NCBI GenBank assembly: GCA_951406725.2 | Contig: OX597819.1 | Location: forward strand, 78,616,001-78,680,000 | Source of the DNA: Octopus vulgaris | Lineage: Eukaryota | Length of the DNA stretch: 64,000 nucleotides | Direction: 5' to 3' | In this document: one piece after another, positions 1 to 13,941 of the stretch | Layout: every line of letters starts with the position of its first letter | How positions within the stretch are numbered: position 1 is the stretch's first letter | Program-made: the position numbers and the translations under genes | The notes under the pieces: generated by a model | Told to the model about the DNA's origin: nothing | What the model saw: the letters and a program-made list of their open reading frames with translations, nothing else | Databases searched by the model: none

Positions 1-34
<34 letters not shown>

Positions 35-40
<6 letters not shown>

Positions 41-131
41 CGAGGAGGTAAAAGAAAATACAGAAGGATCAGTTAATTATGTGAGTGTATTTAGTTTTCA
101 TTAATATGTTTTATTGCATACACACACAAAC

Positions 132-174
<43 letters not shown>

Positions 175-265
175 CGAGGAGGTAAAAGAAAATACAGAAG
201 GATCAGTTAATTATGTGAGTGTATTTAGTTTTCATTAATATGTTTTATTGCATACACACACAAAC

Positions 266-312
<47 letters not shown>
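35..312. repeat. Two-copy tandem duplication (134-bp period) containing a mariner-end-like remnant plus (TA)n
   Basis: CGAGGAGGTAAAAGAAAATACAGAAGGATCAGTTAATTATG... occurs at 41 and again at 175; copies differ only in TA-run length. The GTAAAAGAA...GGATCAGTTAATTATG core recurs at ~13464-13491. Confidence 0.85.
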
Positions 313-316
<4 letters not shown>

Positions 317-641
317 GGTATGTGTGCGTGTATGTGTGTGTGTGCGCGCGTGCGTGTGCTTGTGCCTGTGTGAGTGTCCACGCGTGTGTATGTATGAGTG
401 TATTCATGTATGCTAATAGACGTGCATACATGTATGTTCTTATGTATTCTAAACTACGGCCATCAGTCTCAAGTGATAATTTGAGAGCATGTACGATGCC
501 TTCGGTAATTCTTTAAGTTGCCTGTGTAGTCGTAAGTACACAGCTTCGGACCGAGCGAAGCATGAAGTTCATGAGAGAGAGAGAGAGAGAGAGAGAGAAA
601 GAAAGAGAAAGAAAAAAAGAGAGAGAGAGAGAGAGAGATAG

Positions 642-679
<38 letters not shown>

Positions 680-965
680 TGAGAGAAATGCAGCAGTACG
701 CAACTGCAAGTAATTTCAACTAAGAGAGGAGTAAAGAAAAAATGTAGTGCCTTGACATGACATCGAACCCGCAGATTTATGATTGTGAGAGTAACACCCC
801 AGCCACAAGGACACGCTACTTGATATACACTCATACACACACCTAAACACAATCTTGCAGAAAATACTGCAAGAGTTACTCGAGTGCTAAGAACGTCGTG
901 CCAAGTTCCTTATCAAGCACGTTCTCTCCGTCAACTCTGCCACTCCCATAGGTGATATTATATAA

Positions 966-1103
966 ATTTCTTTATTACCCACAAGGGGCTAAACACAGAA
1001 GGGACAAACAAGGACAGACAAACGGATTAAGTCGATTACACTGACCCCAGTGCGTAACTGGTACTTAATTTATCGACCCCGAAAGGATGGGAGGCAAAGT
1101 CGA
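966..1103 (-). mobile_element. SINE family A, 3' portion
   Basis: Reverse complement of the body and tail of the full copy at 1118-1353. Confidence 0.85.
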
Positions 1104-1117
1104 AGATACATACATAT

Positions 1118-1353
1118 AAGGCGGCGAGCTGGCAGAAACGTTAGCACGCCGAGCGAAATGCGTAGCCGTATTTCGTCTGCCGTTACGTTCTGAGTTCAAA
1201 TTCCGCCCAGGTCGACTTTGCCTTTCATCCTTTCGGGGTCGATAAATTAAGTACCAGTTACGCACTGGGGGGGTCGATGTAATCGACTTAATCCGTTTGT
1301 CTGTCCTTGTTTGTCCCCTCTGTGTTTAGCCCCTTGTGGGTAGTAAAGAAATA
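1118..1353 (+). mobile_element. SINE family A (tRNA-derived head, Meta/MESC-like core), full length
   Basis: A-box-like TGGCAGAAACGTTAGC, B-box GAGTTCAAATTCC, core GCCTTTCATCCTTTCGGGGTCGATAAA, tail ...GTAAAGAAATA; multiple near-identical copies in window. Core-domain name is from recall. Confidence 0.88.
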
Positions 1354-1490
1354 TATATAGAATGATACATACATATAAACATACATGCAGGCAGGCATCA
1401 TACACACACACACACACACATACATGTATATATGAGTACAGGCATATAAATACGCAACACACGTGGCACACGCATGTACATGTGTGAGTA

Positions 1491-1657
1491 TACGACGGGC
1501 TTCATTCAGTTTCTGTCAACCAGTTTCTGTCAATCATAAGGATTTGGTCGGCTCGAGGCTATAGTAGACACATGCAGAAGATGTCACGCAGTGGGACTGA
1601 AACCGTAACCATACGGCCGGGAAGCAAACTCTTTACCAAACGGTCATGCCTGCACGC
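1491..1657 (-). mobile_element. SINE family B, 5' half, degenerate
   Basis: Aligns by eye to 19285-19448; ends at the internal microsatellite position. Confidence 0.75.
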
Positions 1658-2155
1658 TTATGTGTGTGTATTTGTGTGTGTGCACGCGTGTAAATTCGAT
1701 GCCAGTTTCAAAACATTCTCCTGTCCTCAGAAATTTCTCAATATTCTTAGTTTTACCTTGAGATTTGTTGTGTCCGACCGGCCCCGATTCGGCAGATCCG
1801 TGATTAAAAATGTCCCAATCGTGATCTACTAGTATTTCGTTCTAAAACTAGTATACCAAATTATCTGTTATACCTTCATTTTTAGAACAGTAACACAAGG
1901 ACTGGCAGCATTTAACTGGTGTGTCTAGCATGCTAAGAAGCCAAGGGCATATTTTTTCACTTTAGAACTAAACGTGGGAGTGTATTAGCTTCATTGAGGG
2001 AGGGTCATTAGGGAACGGGTGGGAGTAGTTGAGAATGCAATTACATGTGGAGTGACTGATTTGCTATTAGGCATTTAGCTGTTATTTCTAGCAGAAGTGC
2101 ACTCTACAGAGAGCTTCACTAGTTGCTTCAATAGATGCATGCTCACACGCGTATA

Positions 2156-2197
<42 letters not shown>

Positions 2198-2282
2198 CAC
2201 ACACATCCAAACACACATCCAAATTTATAAATGTATGTATATAGGGATACAATTCTTTCCTGTATTTTATATACATAAGAAC

Positions 2283-2325
<43 letters not shown>

Positions 2326-2527
2326 GTATATATGTATACATAGATAGATATATACACACATACAGGCATATATTATGCACAAAAACATACCGATATGTAC
2401 ATACATGTACTACATAGATCTCTAAAAATCTATCTATCTATTTAACTATTTATACACACTCATGTATTCACCTCCCTATATGAACATAGAAATATTTATA
2501 TATACATACATACATACATACATACAT

Positions 2528-2558
<31 letters not shown>

Positions 2559-2839
2559 CATACATTTCTATACGTATAGGTATATAGACTCATATAACTA
2601 ACTCCTATATATGCAAAGACGGATATTTCTATCTATATATTTACATATCTATACATAAACGTATCTTAATAAAGACAAATATGTAGCGGTATATATGTGT
2701 GCATGTTTATATATATTTCCATATATCAATATATGTATATATAAATACACAACACACCATGAATATATTTAAATATTACAGTTACGCATATTGTATGTAC
2801 ATATTTTAGTATACATACACGTAAGTCATATCTATACAC

Positions 2840-2841
2840 GT

Positions 2842-2886
<45 letters not shown>

Positions 2887-2993
2887 TATATATATACACA
2901 TATACACATACATATATATATATATACACATACATATATATATATATACACATACATATATATATATATACACATACATATATATATATATAT

Positions 2994-3052
<59 letters not shown>

Positions 3053-3227
3053 CATATATATATATATACACATACATATATATATATATACACATACATA
3101 TATATATATATATATACACATACATATATATATATACACATACATATATATATATATATATACACATACATATATATATATATACACATACATATATATA
3201 TATACACATACATATATATATATATAT

Positions 3228-3292
<65 letters not shown>

Positions 3293-3676
3293 CATATATA
3301 TATATATATACACATACATATATATATATATATACACATACATATATATATATATATATACACATACATATGTATATATATATACACATACATATATATA
3401 TATATATACACATACATATATATATATATACATACATATATATGTATATATACACATACATATATATATATATACACATACATATATATATATATACACA
3501 TACATATATATATATATATACACATATATATATATATATATATACACATACATATATATATATATATACACACATACATGTATATATACACATACATATA
3601 TATATACACATACATATATATACACATACATATATATATACACATACACATATATATATACACATACATATATATA
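2840..3676. repeat. Compound (TA)n/(CA) microsatellite tract
   Basis: ~840 bp of TA runs punctuated by CACATACA. Confidence 0.97.
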
Positions 3677-3770
3677 GGTACTTAGGGTACATCCCAGCTG
3701 TTTCCTCTTGAAGTGCTATATTATTACACATATATTACATATAAATATATTACACAAACGTGTGTATATA

Positions 3771-3811
<41 letters not shown>

Positions 3812-3932
3812 TTACATACATACATACAAGATTGTAACATTTTTAGAAACCCCATGTGTGTGTGTGTATGTTTAATATGTACCAACGCACGGAAATCTCG
3901 ACCAATGAGTCATGTTGTGGCTTCTGCAAATA

Positions 3933-3971
<39 letters not shown>

Positions 3972-4081
3972 AGCGAGACACACTAATATTGCCCATTAAC
4001 ATATACCTATATAAACATTTGTATATAAAGAAATTAAATTTACATTTTATTTATCGATCTATCTTTCTATATATATATATA

Positions 4082-4463
4082 CTAGCAGTATCGCCCGGCG
4101 TTGCTCAGGTTTGTAAGGGAAATAACTATAAAGCATTTTTAGAGAGTTATAGCCAAAAAATAGCAAAAAAATGGAAAAAAAATTATGGTAAATTTTTTTT
4201 GAGAGTTAAAAAGGTTGAGTTGCGTCCCCTAGACGGTCTGTGGTTTGGGTTCCTGATTCTCGACCCCATGTCGAATTTATCGATTTTTTCAGAACTGGGG
4301 GAACTTTTCAAAATTTTCGCTGCGTTAGTTTTGAATTATGACATTGGGCTATGTGTGTGTCAAGTTTCATCAGAATCGGTTGAAAGCCGTGGTCAGGGTG
4401 AGGGTACGAGAAAACAGACACACAGAAAACGCACAGACAAACTGCCGTTTATATAGAGAGAGA
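4082..4463 (-). mobile_element. Non-autonomous Helitron, 382 bp
   Basis: On the minus strand begins A|TC and ends CCTGAGCAACGCCGGG (subterminal hairpin)-CGATACTG-CTAG|T; inserted between A and T with no TSD; second copy at 53707-54088. Confidence 0.85.
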
Positions 4464-4575
4464 TATATATACACACACACACATCTATATATTCAACTAT
4501 GAGTCCACCGCATCTTTTGGTGGAAACAGCTGTAAGCTATTGAAGTCCTTAAGCTAATAGGTAATTCTGCTGTCT

Positions 4576-4626
<51 letters not shown>

Positions 4627-4734
4627 ATAGATATATTAATATAAACATACATATATACAAACATATATACATATATATATATAAATATATGTACACACAC
4701 ATATGTACATATATATATATATATATACACACAA

Positions 4735-4773
<39 letters not shown>

Positions 4774-4915
4774 CATATATCTATATGCGTATATACACAT
4801 ATATATTTATATATACACACATATATACATATATGCACAAACACACACACACAGATATATATATGTCTATATATACACGCATACACATATATACATATAT
4901 ATTATACAAAGACAC

Positions 4916-4958
<43 letters not shown>

Positions 4959-5671
4959 AGCATACACGCTTACATATATATACATCCACACAAATAAACA
5001 TACGTACATTTACATATATCCACATTTTAATTCATAAATTCATAAACACATACACACACACACACATGCATATCAAAATGCACAAAAATATATAATCATA
5101 TTCAAATAATATTCAAATATTAACCTATATGCATTCATGTATGCATACACACACGCACACACACACACACACACACACATGCCTACATACGTACATACTC
5201 ATTAAATTTTTTCCTCATTGAAATACGACAATGCCCGGCACACCCGAAGGGGTTTTGGTCGATCAAACACACAGCAGTACTTCAAACGGTCTGTATTTTT
5301 CTCTCATAAATCGCCAAGTTACGGAGCGCAAGCAAACATGCTGGTTGTCAAGCCACGAGCGACAAAACTATTATGCACATTTATATACACACACACATAC
5401 ATACACATGCACATGTATGTATGTGTAGAAAGAGATATTTGTATATCATGCGTTTTATATATATCTACAAGTATATACATGATACATAATATGTGCATGC
5501 ATACATATTACGTAAATAAATTATTTGCATATGTTAACAAATGTCTGTCTGCCTGCTTGCCACCCTGCATGGATGGATGGGTGGGATAAGGGTATGCATG
5601 CATTTGCTCAAACATTTACGGGCATCACCACATTTTCTTTGTACGAAAATCACACGCGCGGCATTAGTATA

Positions 5672-5909
5672 TATTTCTTTACTACCCACAAGGGGCTAAA
5701 CACAGAGGAGAGAGACAAACAAGGACAGACAAACGGATTAAGTCGATTACATCGACCCCAGTGCGTAACTGGTACTTAATTTATCGACCCCGAAAGGATG
5801 AAAGGCAAAGTCGACCTGGGCGGAATTTGAACTCAGAACGTAACGGCAGACGAAATACGGCTAGGCATTTCGCCCGACGTGCTAACATTTCTGCCAGCTC
5901 GCCGCCTTA
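5672..5909 (-). mobile_element. SINE family A, full length with TSD
   Basis: Flanked by 16-bp direct repeat GCG(C/A)GGCATTAGTATA at 5656-5671 and 5910-5925 (15/16 identical). Confidence 0.92.
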
Positions 5910-6190
5910 GCGAGGCATTAGTATAACTGGGGTCACAGCCTCTAACGCGTTCGTGTGTGTGTAAGCATCTAGTCACACATACAGGCATGCATCATATAAT
6001 TTGCAAGCAAGCATACGTACATACATACAAATATACATACACACACACATACAGTACCCAGTTATGGTTGCTATATATCGTCACTCTTTGACAGTTGGAG
6101 TCAGTCGAACGCTACTACGTCTAAAAGGCTGGTTCGGCGCAACAGATGAGCTACTGGGAAACGGTAAAAGAACTGCTGCTCTCCCTAGAG

Positions 6191-6407
6191 TAACGTCAGC
6201 ACGCCGGGCGAAATGCTTAGCGGTATTTCGTCTGTCGTTACGTTCCGAGTTCAAATTCCGCCCAGGTCGACTTTGCCTTTCATCCTTTCGGGGTCGATAA
6301 ATTAAGTACCAGTTACGCACTGCTGGTCGATGTAATCGACTTACTCCCTTTGTCTGTCCTTGTTTGTCCCCTCTGTGTTTATCCCCTTGTGGGCAAGTAA
6401 AGAAATA
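6191..6407 (+). mobile_element. SINE family A, slightly 5'-truncated
   Basis: B box, core and tail match 1118-1353. Confidence 0.88.
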
Positions 6408-6828
6408 TATATATATACATATGTGTGTGCGTGTATGTGGGAATGTGATCCAGTAGGGCTTAGTACCTCACTTTGGAACTGAAAGCTATAGCTACTCCGA
6501 ATAGTAGCCAAATGCCACAATCCCAAATCCATTTGGAGAAAGGACTCGGTACTGTTGAAGAAAACACAGGTTTTCACTAAGCTGTCACAAAACCTCAGCG
6601 ATCTTACAAGGTGTACATGTGCTTGCGCTCAAAATATACGCAAATTTATTGCTGAGATACTTGGTATGAGGGAATTATATCACGGTGATAAAAACGCAAA
6701 TGACGACGGTGTACCCCAACGCATTCATACACTTCAACCAAATCCGAGGAAGAAGGACGGGGAAGTGAATTCAAATACACTAGCAGTCACGCTAATGGGG
6801 GTAACTGAAACACGTAAAAATAAAACTA

Positions 6829-6959
6829 CAGGGTGTCCCAAAAAAATGTATACACAGAGTGGTTCGGCAAAAGAGAACGATAGAATAAGTACTAGGCTTA
6901 CAAAGAATAACAAATTTACAATTATTTAAGGTGTGTATACATTTTTTGGGGACACCCTG
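6829..6959. mobile_element. Tc1/mariner-type MITE, 131 bp
   Basis: 28-bp TIRs CAGGGTGTCCC(A/C)AAAAAATGTATACACA (1 mismatch), flanked by TA at 6827-6828 and 6960-6961. Confidence 0.9.
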
Positions 6960-7347
6960 TATATATATACACATTAATATGCACATATCTACATATATAT
7001 AACGCCACGCAGCGTTACTGTATATAAACATTAATATGCGCATGTATATGCGTGTGTATATACATACATAGATGTAACGCCACGCGCCGGTTTATGTTAT
7101 ATATACATATGTAACAATAAGGTTTTTAGACGAAGTCGAGGGTCACCAATTGTAACGGTTAGGCTTGATCCACTACATATATGTGTGTATGTGTATACAT
7201 ATGTAAAACTATATATATATACACAGACATACGTATATACACATGCCCACACACATTAAATGCAAACAGGTGTATGTATATATATATTTCTATATATATA
7301 CATGTAATTATGCACATGTCGACTTTTATATTACATATATTATATAT

Positions 7348-7409
<62 letters not shown>

Positions 7410-7704
7410 TGAGGGTATGTACAGTCATACAAGACAGGACGGTCATACACATATATAAGAGCATATATAAAATTAAGCATATATAAAAATGTACATCGCT
7501 ACATACATATTTATAGTCATGAATAAATGAAAACGTGTCCGGGTGCGTGTATGTGTGTACGTATATCCATAAATGTTTCTGCATATATATCTATGAACAA
7601 GATGAATTTACATTTCTATACTTTTATCTATGTATATACGTATTTATACATGTTCCATGTGATTGTGTGTGTACGTAATCATACATGTATGAGCATAAAT
7701 GTGC

Positions 7705-7745
<41 letters not shown>

Positions 7746-7850
7746 CACACAAACAAACATACATAAATATGTATATTCAAATATATACATATATACATTC
7801 AAAACAAATTATAGTTATGCATATGCATTTACATAGATATACATATACAT

Positions 7851-8320
7851 ACTCTTTTACTCTTTTACTCGTTTCAGCCATCCGGCAGAGGCCATGCTGG
7901 GGCACCGCCCTTGTTGCTACCCTCTCTAAGTCCAGTTTGCCGTGGCTGGCCACTGATCTAAGAGAGAGTTTGTAGCTGCTGCCCTTAGGTTACCTTCGTA
8001 CCTTGCAGTGGGTTCATCTGGGATCCCGGAAAGCAGCTTGTCTAGATGTTTTTTGAAAATGTCCACATCCGCATCATGTAGATCTCTTAGTTTTCTTGGC
8101 AGTTTGTTGAAAAGCTGAGGGCCCCTGAACCCCAGGCTATTACAGTATCTGCTCCTTACCCTGGATGTGGAAGACGGGACCTTTGGCACCACACAGTGAC
8201 GTCCTGTACGGGGATTGGAACAGCTCTCAATTCCAAAATTTGGTGCTAGTCCCTCCAGGATTTTCCATATGTATATCACTGCATATCTCTCTCGTCTTCG
8301 TTCCAAGGAGTACAAATTTA
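7851..8320 (-). mobile_element. CR1-like LINE, 5'-truncated 3' end (ORF2 C-terminus, stop, 3' UTR, tail)
   Basis: Open frame [20 protein letters not shown]...GPQLFNKLP...FKKHLDKLLSGIPDEP...NSLLDQ, stop at 7926-7928, then ~75-nt UTR ending (GTAAAAGA)2; homologous to fragments at 26312 and 29852. Confidence 0.85.
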
Positions 8321-8342
8321 TATACATATATATACATATACA

Positions 8343-8384
<42 letters not shown>

Positions 8385-8400
8385 CAAATACATATCTACG

Positions 8401-8432
<32 letters not shown>

Positions 8433-8483
8433 GACGTCTATATATATACACATATAAACACATACAAATGCTTATACACATAG

Positions 8484-8541
<58 letters not shown>

Positions 8542-8639
8542 AAAATACATATATATATTTGTATATATACATATACCTATAAATGTATATACATTTAGAA
8601 ATATATGCTTATTTGCATACATATATATATAGAAATACG

Positions 8640-8671
<32 letters not shown>

Positions 8672-8952
8672 TATATACAAATATATACATATATAGCCAT
8701 CTACAATCATATATATATCCACGTACATACATATATATACATACACACATATATATAAATATATATATGTATATATGATATATATACACATATAATATTT
8801 ATAGATAAAATACATACATACATGTATGTATATATAAATATATATTTATACGTATATAAATATATATTTATACATATACAAATATATATTTATACATATA
8901 CAAATATATATATATACATATAAAATATATATATATATACATATAGTACATA

Positions 8953-9005
<53 letters not shown>

Positions 9006-9264
9006 TACATAAATATATATATACATATATACATACATATATATATATATACATACATACATAAATATATATATATATATATCTATACATACATAAATAT
9101 ATATATATATATAAATACATGATTAAATATATATATATACATACATATGTAGATATATACATAAATAATATATATATACATATATATATATATCGATACC
9201 TACATATTTATATACATACATACATATTTATATACATACATACATATTTATATACATACATACA

Positions 9265-9332
<68 letters not shown>

Positions 9333-9350
9333 TATATATTCATACACACA
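8321..9350. repeat. Degenerate (TA)n/(TACA)n microsatellite tract
   Basis: Direct inspection. Confidence 0.95.
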
Positions 9351-9544
9351 CAAAAAAAAAGAAAGAAAAAACTCTGCTCCCTCCGTCCCGAATAACCTTG
9401 GGTGCACTGAAGAGGTTCCCCATAGAGGTGCAAGTCTGGGCGGAAAGTCTCTTCCCCGGCGAACAACATCCTAGGGTTGTCCTTATGGAAGACCCGCAGT
9501 CGTTCAACAGCCTCCACTCCTCTCCACGCTACCGATATTATCTA

Positions 9545-9738
9545 AGGGAAAAGTAAAGGGCGATGCAGCTTGGCGTCAGTGATATCGCAACTAATTTCTA
9601 CAACTGGGTAAACTGGAGTAACGTGAAATAATGTGTCTTGCTGAAGAACACAACATGCAGCCACACCTCCCTGGGAATCGAACTCAAAATCATAGAATTG
9701 TAAGCTCGTCGTTCTAACCACTGAGCGATGATCCTTCA
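9545..9738 (-). mobile_element. SINE family C (tRNA-derived)
   Basis: Minus strand TGAAGG...GCTCAGTGGTTAGA (A box)...GAGTTCGATTCC (B box)...TGTGTTCTTCAGCAAGACAC; related heads at ~59081 and 60931. Confidence 0.7.
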
Positions 9739-9826
<88 letters not shown>

Positions 9827-10187
9827 CATACATATATATGGATATATATACATACATATATATGATATATATATACATACATTTATGCATATATATATTT
9901 TCATATATATATATATATATATATAGAGGCCTATATGCAGGGCAGCGGACTATATATTTTCATATATATATGCGTTGTATATATTTATTGACATATATCT
10001 ATAAACATACGATATATATCCCTGCTGTACTCTTTCACCACAATGGCGGTGCACAGCATATACAGCTCAAATACTGAAACTGGAAAATATAAATATACAC
10101 ATACATATACGTAAATAATATAATATATATATACATATATATATAAACATATATATATATATATATAGGCACACATATACATATAAA

Positions 10188-10219
<32 letters not shown>

Positions 10220-10237
10220 ACATACATATACGTAATA

Positions 10238-10286
<49 letters not shown>

Positions 10287-10372
10287 CATACATATATGCA
10301 TATATACATATATATATATATACATACATATATATATATATATACATACATATATATATATATACATACATA

Positions 10373-10404
<32 letters not shown>

Positions 10405-11479
10405 CATACACATACATACACTCATACACACACACACATATATATATATATACACAGTAATGTACATACATACATACATACATACATACATGCATACATA
10501 TAGCTGTCTTATATTTCGGCGCGAACTCTATTTTACATATCTGCATATGTATCCGAAATTTCCTGCCCTCAAAGGAAAAATCTGATGTTCTTTCGATGCA
10601 TTTAATCCCACTATGTTTTCTGTCCCTGAATATACCCCGTGCACCCTACCCAAGTTCTCAGGCTGTTTCTGTCTCACTAGTTCACATCCATGACAAAGTT
10701 TCTAAAACAGAAATAAGGAACAAGCAAGAAACGTTATTCCGTTATTCCGCAATTCCAGACATGCAATGGAGAATCATCCTGATGAGGAAAGTGCTCCAAA
10801 AATGACCGTCCCGTCATTTTTCTGCATTAGAACTTACGAAGTATAAGTTCTTACCATATTCCGCACTGCATTCATTCAAGACTTTTGCGCATAATATTAG
10901 GAAGATTTGACTCCTATGTTTCGCACATTAGGTGATCTTGTACAAGTTGCATAGCTGTGTTCTGATGAGTGAATTTATAAGCGTCCCCCCCCCCACCTTC
11001 TTCTAGATTACGTTCGAAATAGTGGCACCTGTCTATGAGATTAAAATTAATTAGTAATCAGCAATGTCGGCTTCGGCGATATTAACCTTCTTTATTAATG
11101 AATTGGAAGGCTTTTACTTTTGCATATACGAACACAAGGCTGTGAGTGTTCGTGTGTGTGTGTGGAAGAATGAGTGTGTGTATTTATCAATCTATCTATA
11201 TTTATGCACACACACACACACACACACACAGAGTCACATATATACGTATGTGTGTGTGTCAGAGTTTCTCCATGTGTGAATGTGTGTATGTATATATGTA
11301 TATATATGCGTCTATAAATACCTATATGCACGCATATTCCCACACACATATAAATATTACATGCGCGCACACACACACACTCATACCCACCCACATATAA
11401 ACATATTTACATATAAAAATTCATATATATACATAATACACAAGCATATACATACATATACACATATATAAGTACATAC

Positions 11480-12270
<791 letters not shown>

Positions 12271-12502
12271 TATATGTGTATATACATGTTTGGGTCTGTA
12301 TAGATACATATCAACAAGTGCATATGCGCATATATATAAATACATACACATTTATATATATATATTAATATATATATTCACACACACAAACATATGCATA
12401 TATGGACATTATATGAACACACACACGCATATATTTATGACTAAAAAGCTAATAAAAAGAGAAGACGCTTTACGTCTCCACTCTCTGGAAATATCTTATT
12501 TA

Positions 12503-12879
12503 GGCGCTGGCGAGGCCGTGTGGTTAGCAGCTTGCTTCCCAACCAAATGGTCTCAGGTTCAGTCCAATTGCGTGGCACCTTGCACAAGTGACTTCTACTA
12601 AAGCCTCAGACCGAATTAAACCTTGTGAGTGGATTTGGTAGAAGGAAATTCTAAGAAGTCCATCGTGTGTGTATGTGTGCGTGTGTGTGTGTGTGAAAGT
12701 TTGTCCTCTACCATCGCTTGACAACCGATGTTGTTGTGTTTACGTCCCCATAACTTAGCGGTTCGGCAAAACGGTCCGATAGAATAAGTACTAGACTCAT
12801 AAAGAATAAGTCATGGAATAGATTTCTTGGACTAGAGGCGGTGTGCTCCAACATGGCCACAGTCAAATGACAGAAACAA
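12503..12879 (+). mobile_element. SINE family B, full length, diverged
   Basis: tRNA-like head, CORE-like GCACCTTGCACAAGTGACTT, internal (GT)n, tail GGCGGTG..CTCCAACATGGCCACAGTCAAATGACAGAAAC. Confidence 0.85.
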
Positions 12880-12899
12880 TTATGTATATGTTTACTCTC

Positions 12900-13202
<303 letters not shown>

Positions 13203-13445
13203 CATCTGTAGCTTCTACTTGCGACCTTTGAAGTATAACTGGCAGAGGCTGCACGGAGGGCTTGTCACAGTGACGAGTGACGAAGACGAGGAACAAGCAA
13301 AAAGACAAAGTACTCAGCAATGCATAATTTGTAACTACAAACATGCGAAGAAAAACAGAAAATGCATAGGCAAATACTTACACAGCAACAAGCAAGTGCC
13401 CATTAATACGCTTTCACTCACACACACACACACACATATATGATG

Positions 13446-13539
13446 TGAAGTTCCTGGCTTTCGGTAAAAGAATGAGGATCAGTTAATTATGATTTTCGAG
13501 ATATCCTTAAAGCAAGGAACTTTTCGTCACACCCTCGAG
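13446..13539. mobile_element. Internally deleted mariner-like remnant (~95 bp)
   Basis: AAGTTCCTGGCTTT near left end is the inverse of AAAGCAAGGAACTT near right end; right end reads CGAGGGTGTGACGAAAAGT on the minus strand, similar to the mariner end at 54532. Confidence 0.55.
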
Positions 13540-13578
<39 letters not shown>

Positions 13579-13713
13579 ATATATATATAAATATATAGAT
13601 ATGCATATATATATATACATACATACACATACATACATACACGTATATATATACATATATATATGCACAAACGTATATACATATATATATAAATTTACAT
13701 ACACACATATATA

Positions 13714-13762
<49 letters not shown>

Positions 13763-13792
13763 ATATATACACACACATACACACGCATATTA

Positions 13793-13827
<35 letters not shown>

Positions 13828-13853
13828 CACACACATACACACGCATATTAATT

Positions 13854-13887
<34 letters not shown>

Positions 13888-13902
13888 TACACACGCATAT
13901 TA

Positions 13903-13941
<39 letters not shown>

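Noticed and set aside
1118-1210. tRNA-like A/B boxes
   Set aside because: They are SINE heads continuing into core and tail; no complete cloverleaf seen.
2726-3731. Long ORFs (up to ~520 aa here and at 11407-12601, 15108-16791, 19405-20919) rich in Y/I/H/T/C/V/M
   Set aside because: Dinucleotide repeats lack stop codons in most frames; open on both strands at once; not genes.
10530-10702. Minus-strand acceptor followed by ~57 open codons (KLCHGCELVRQ...)
   Set aside because: No recognisable homology, no convincing donor, and its open frame does not match the phase of the candidate exon at 13202.
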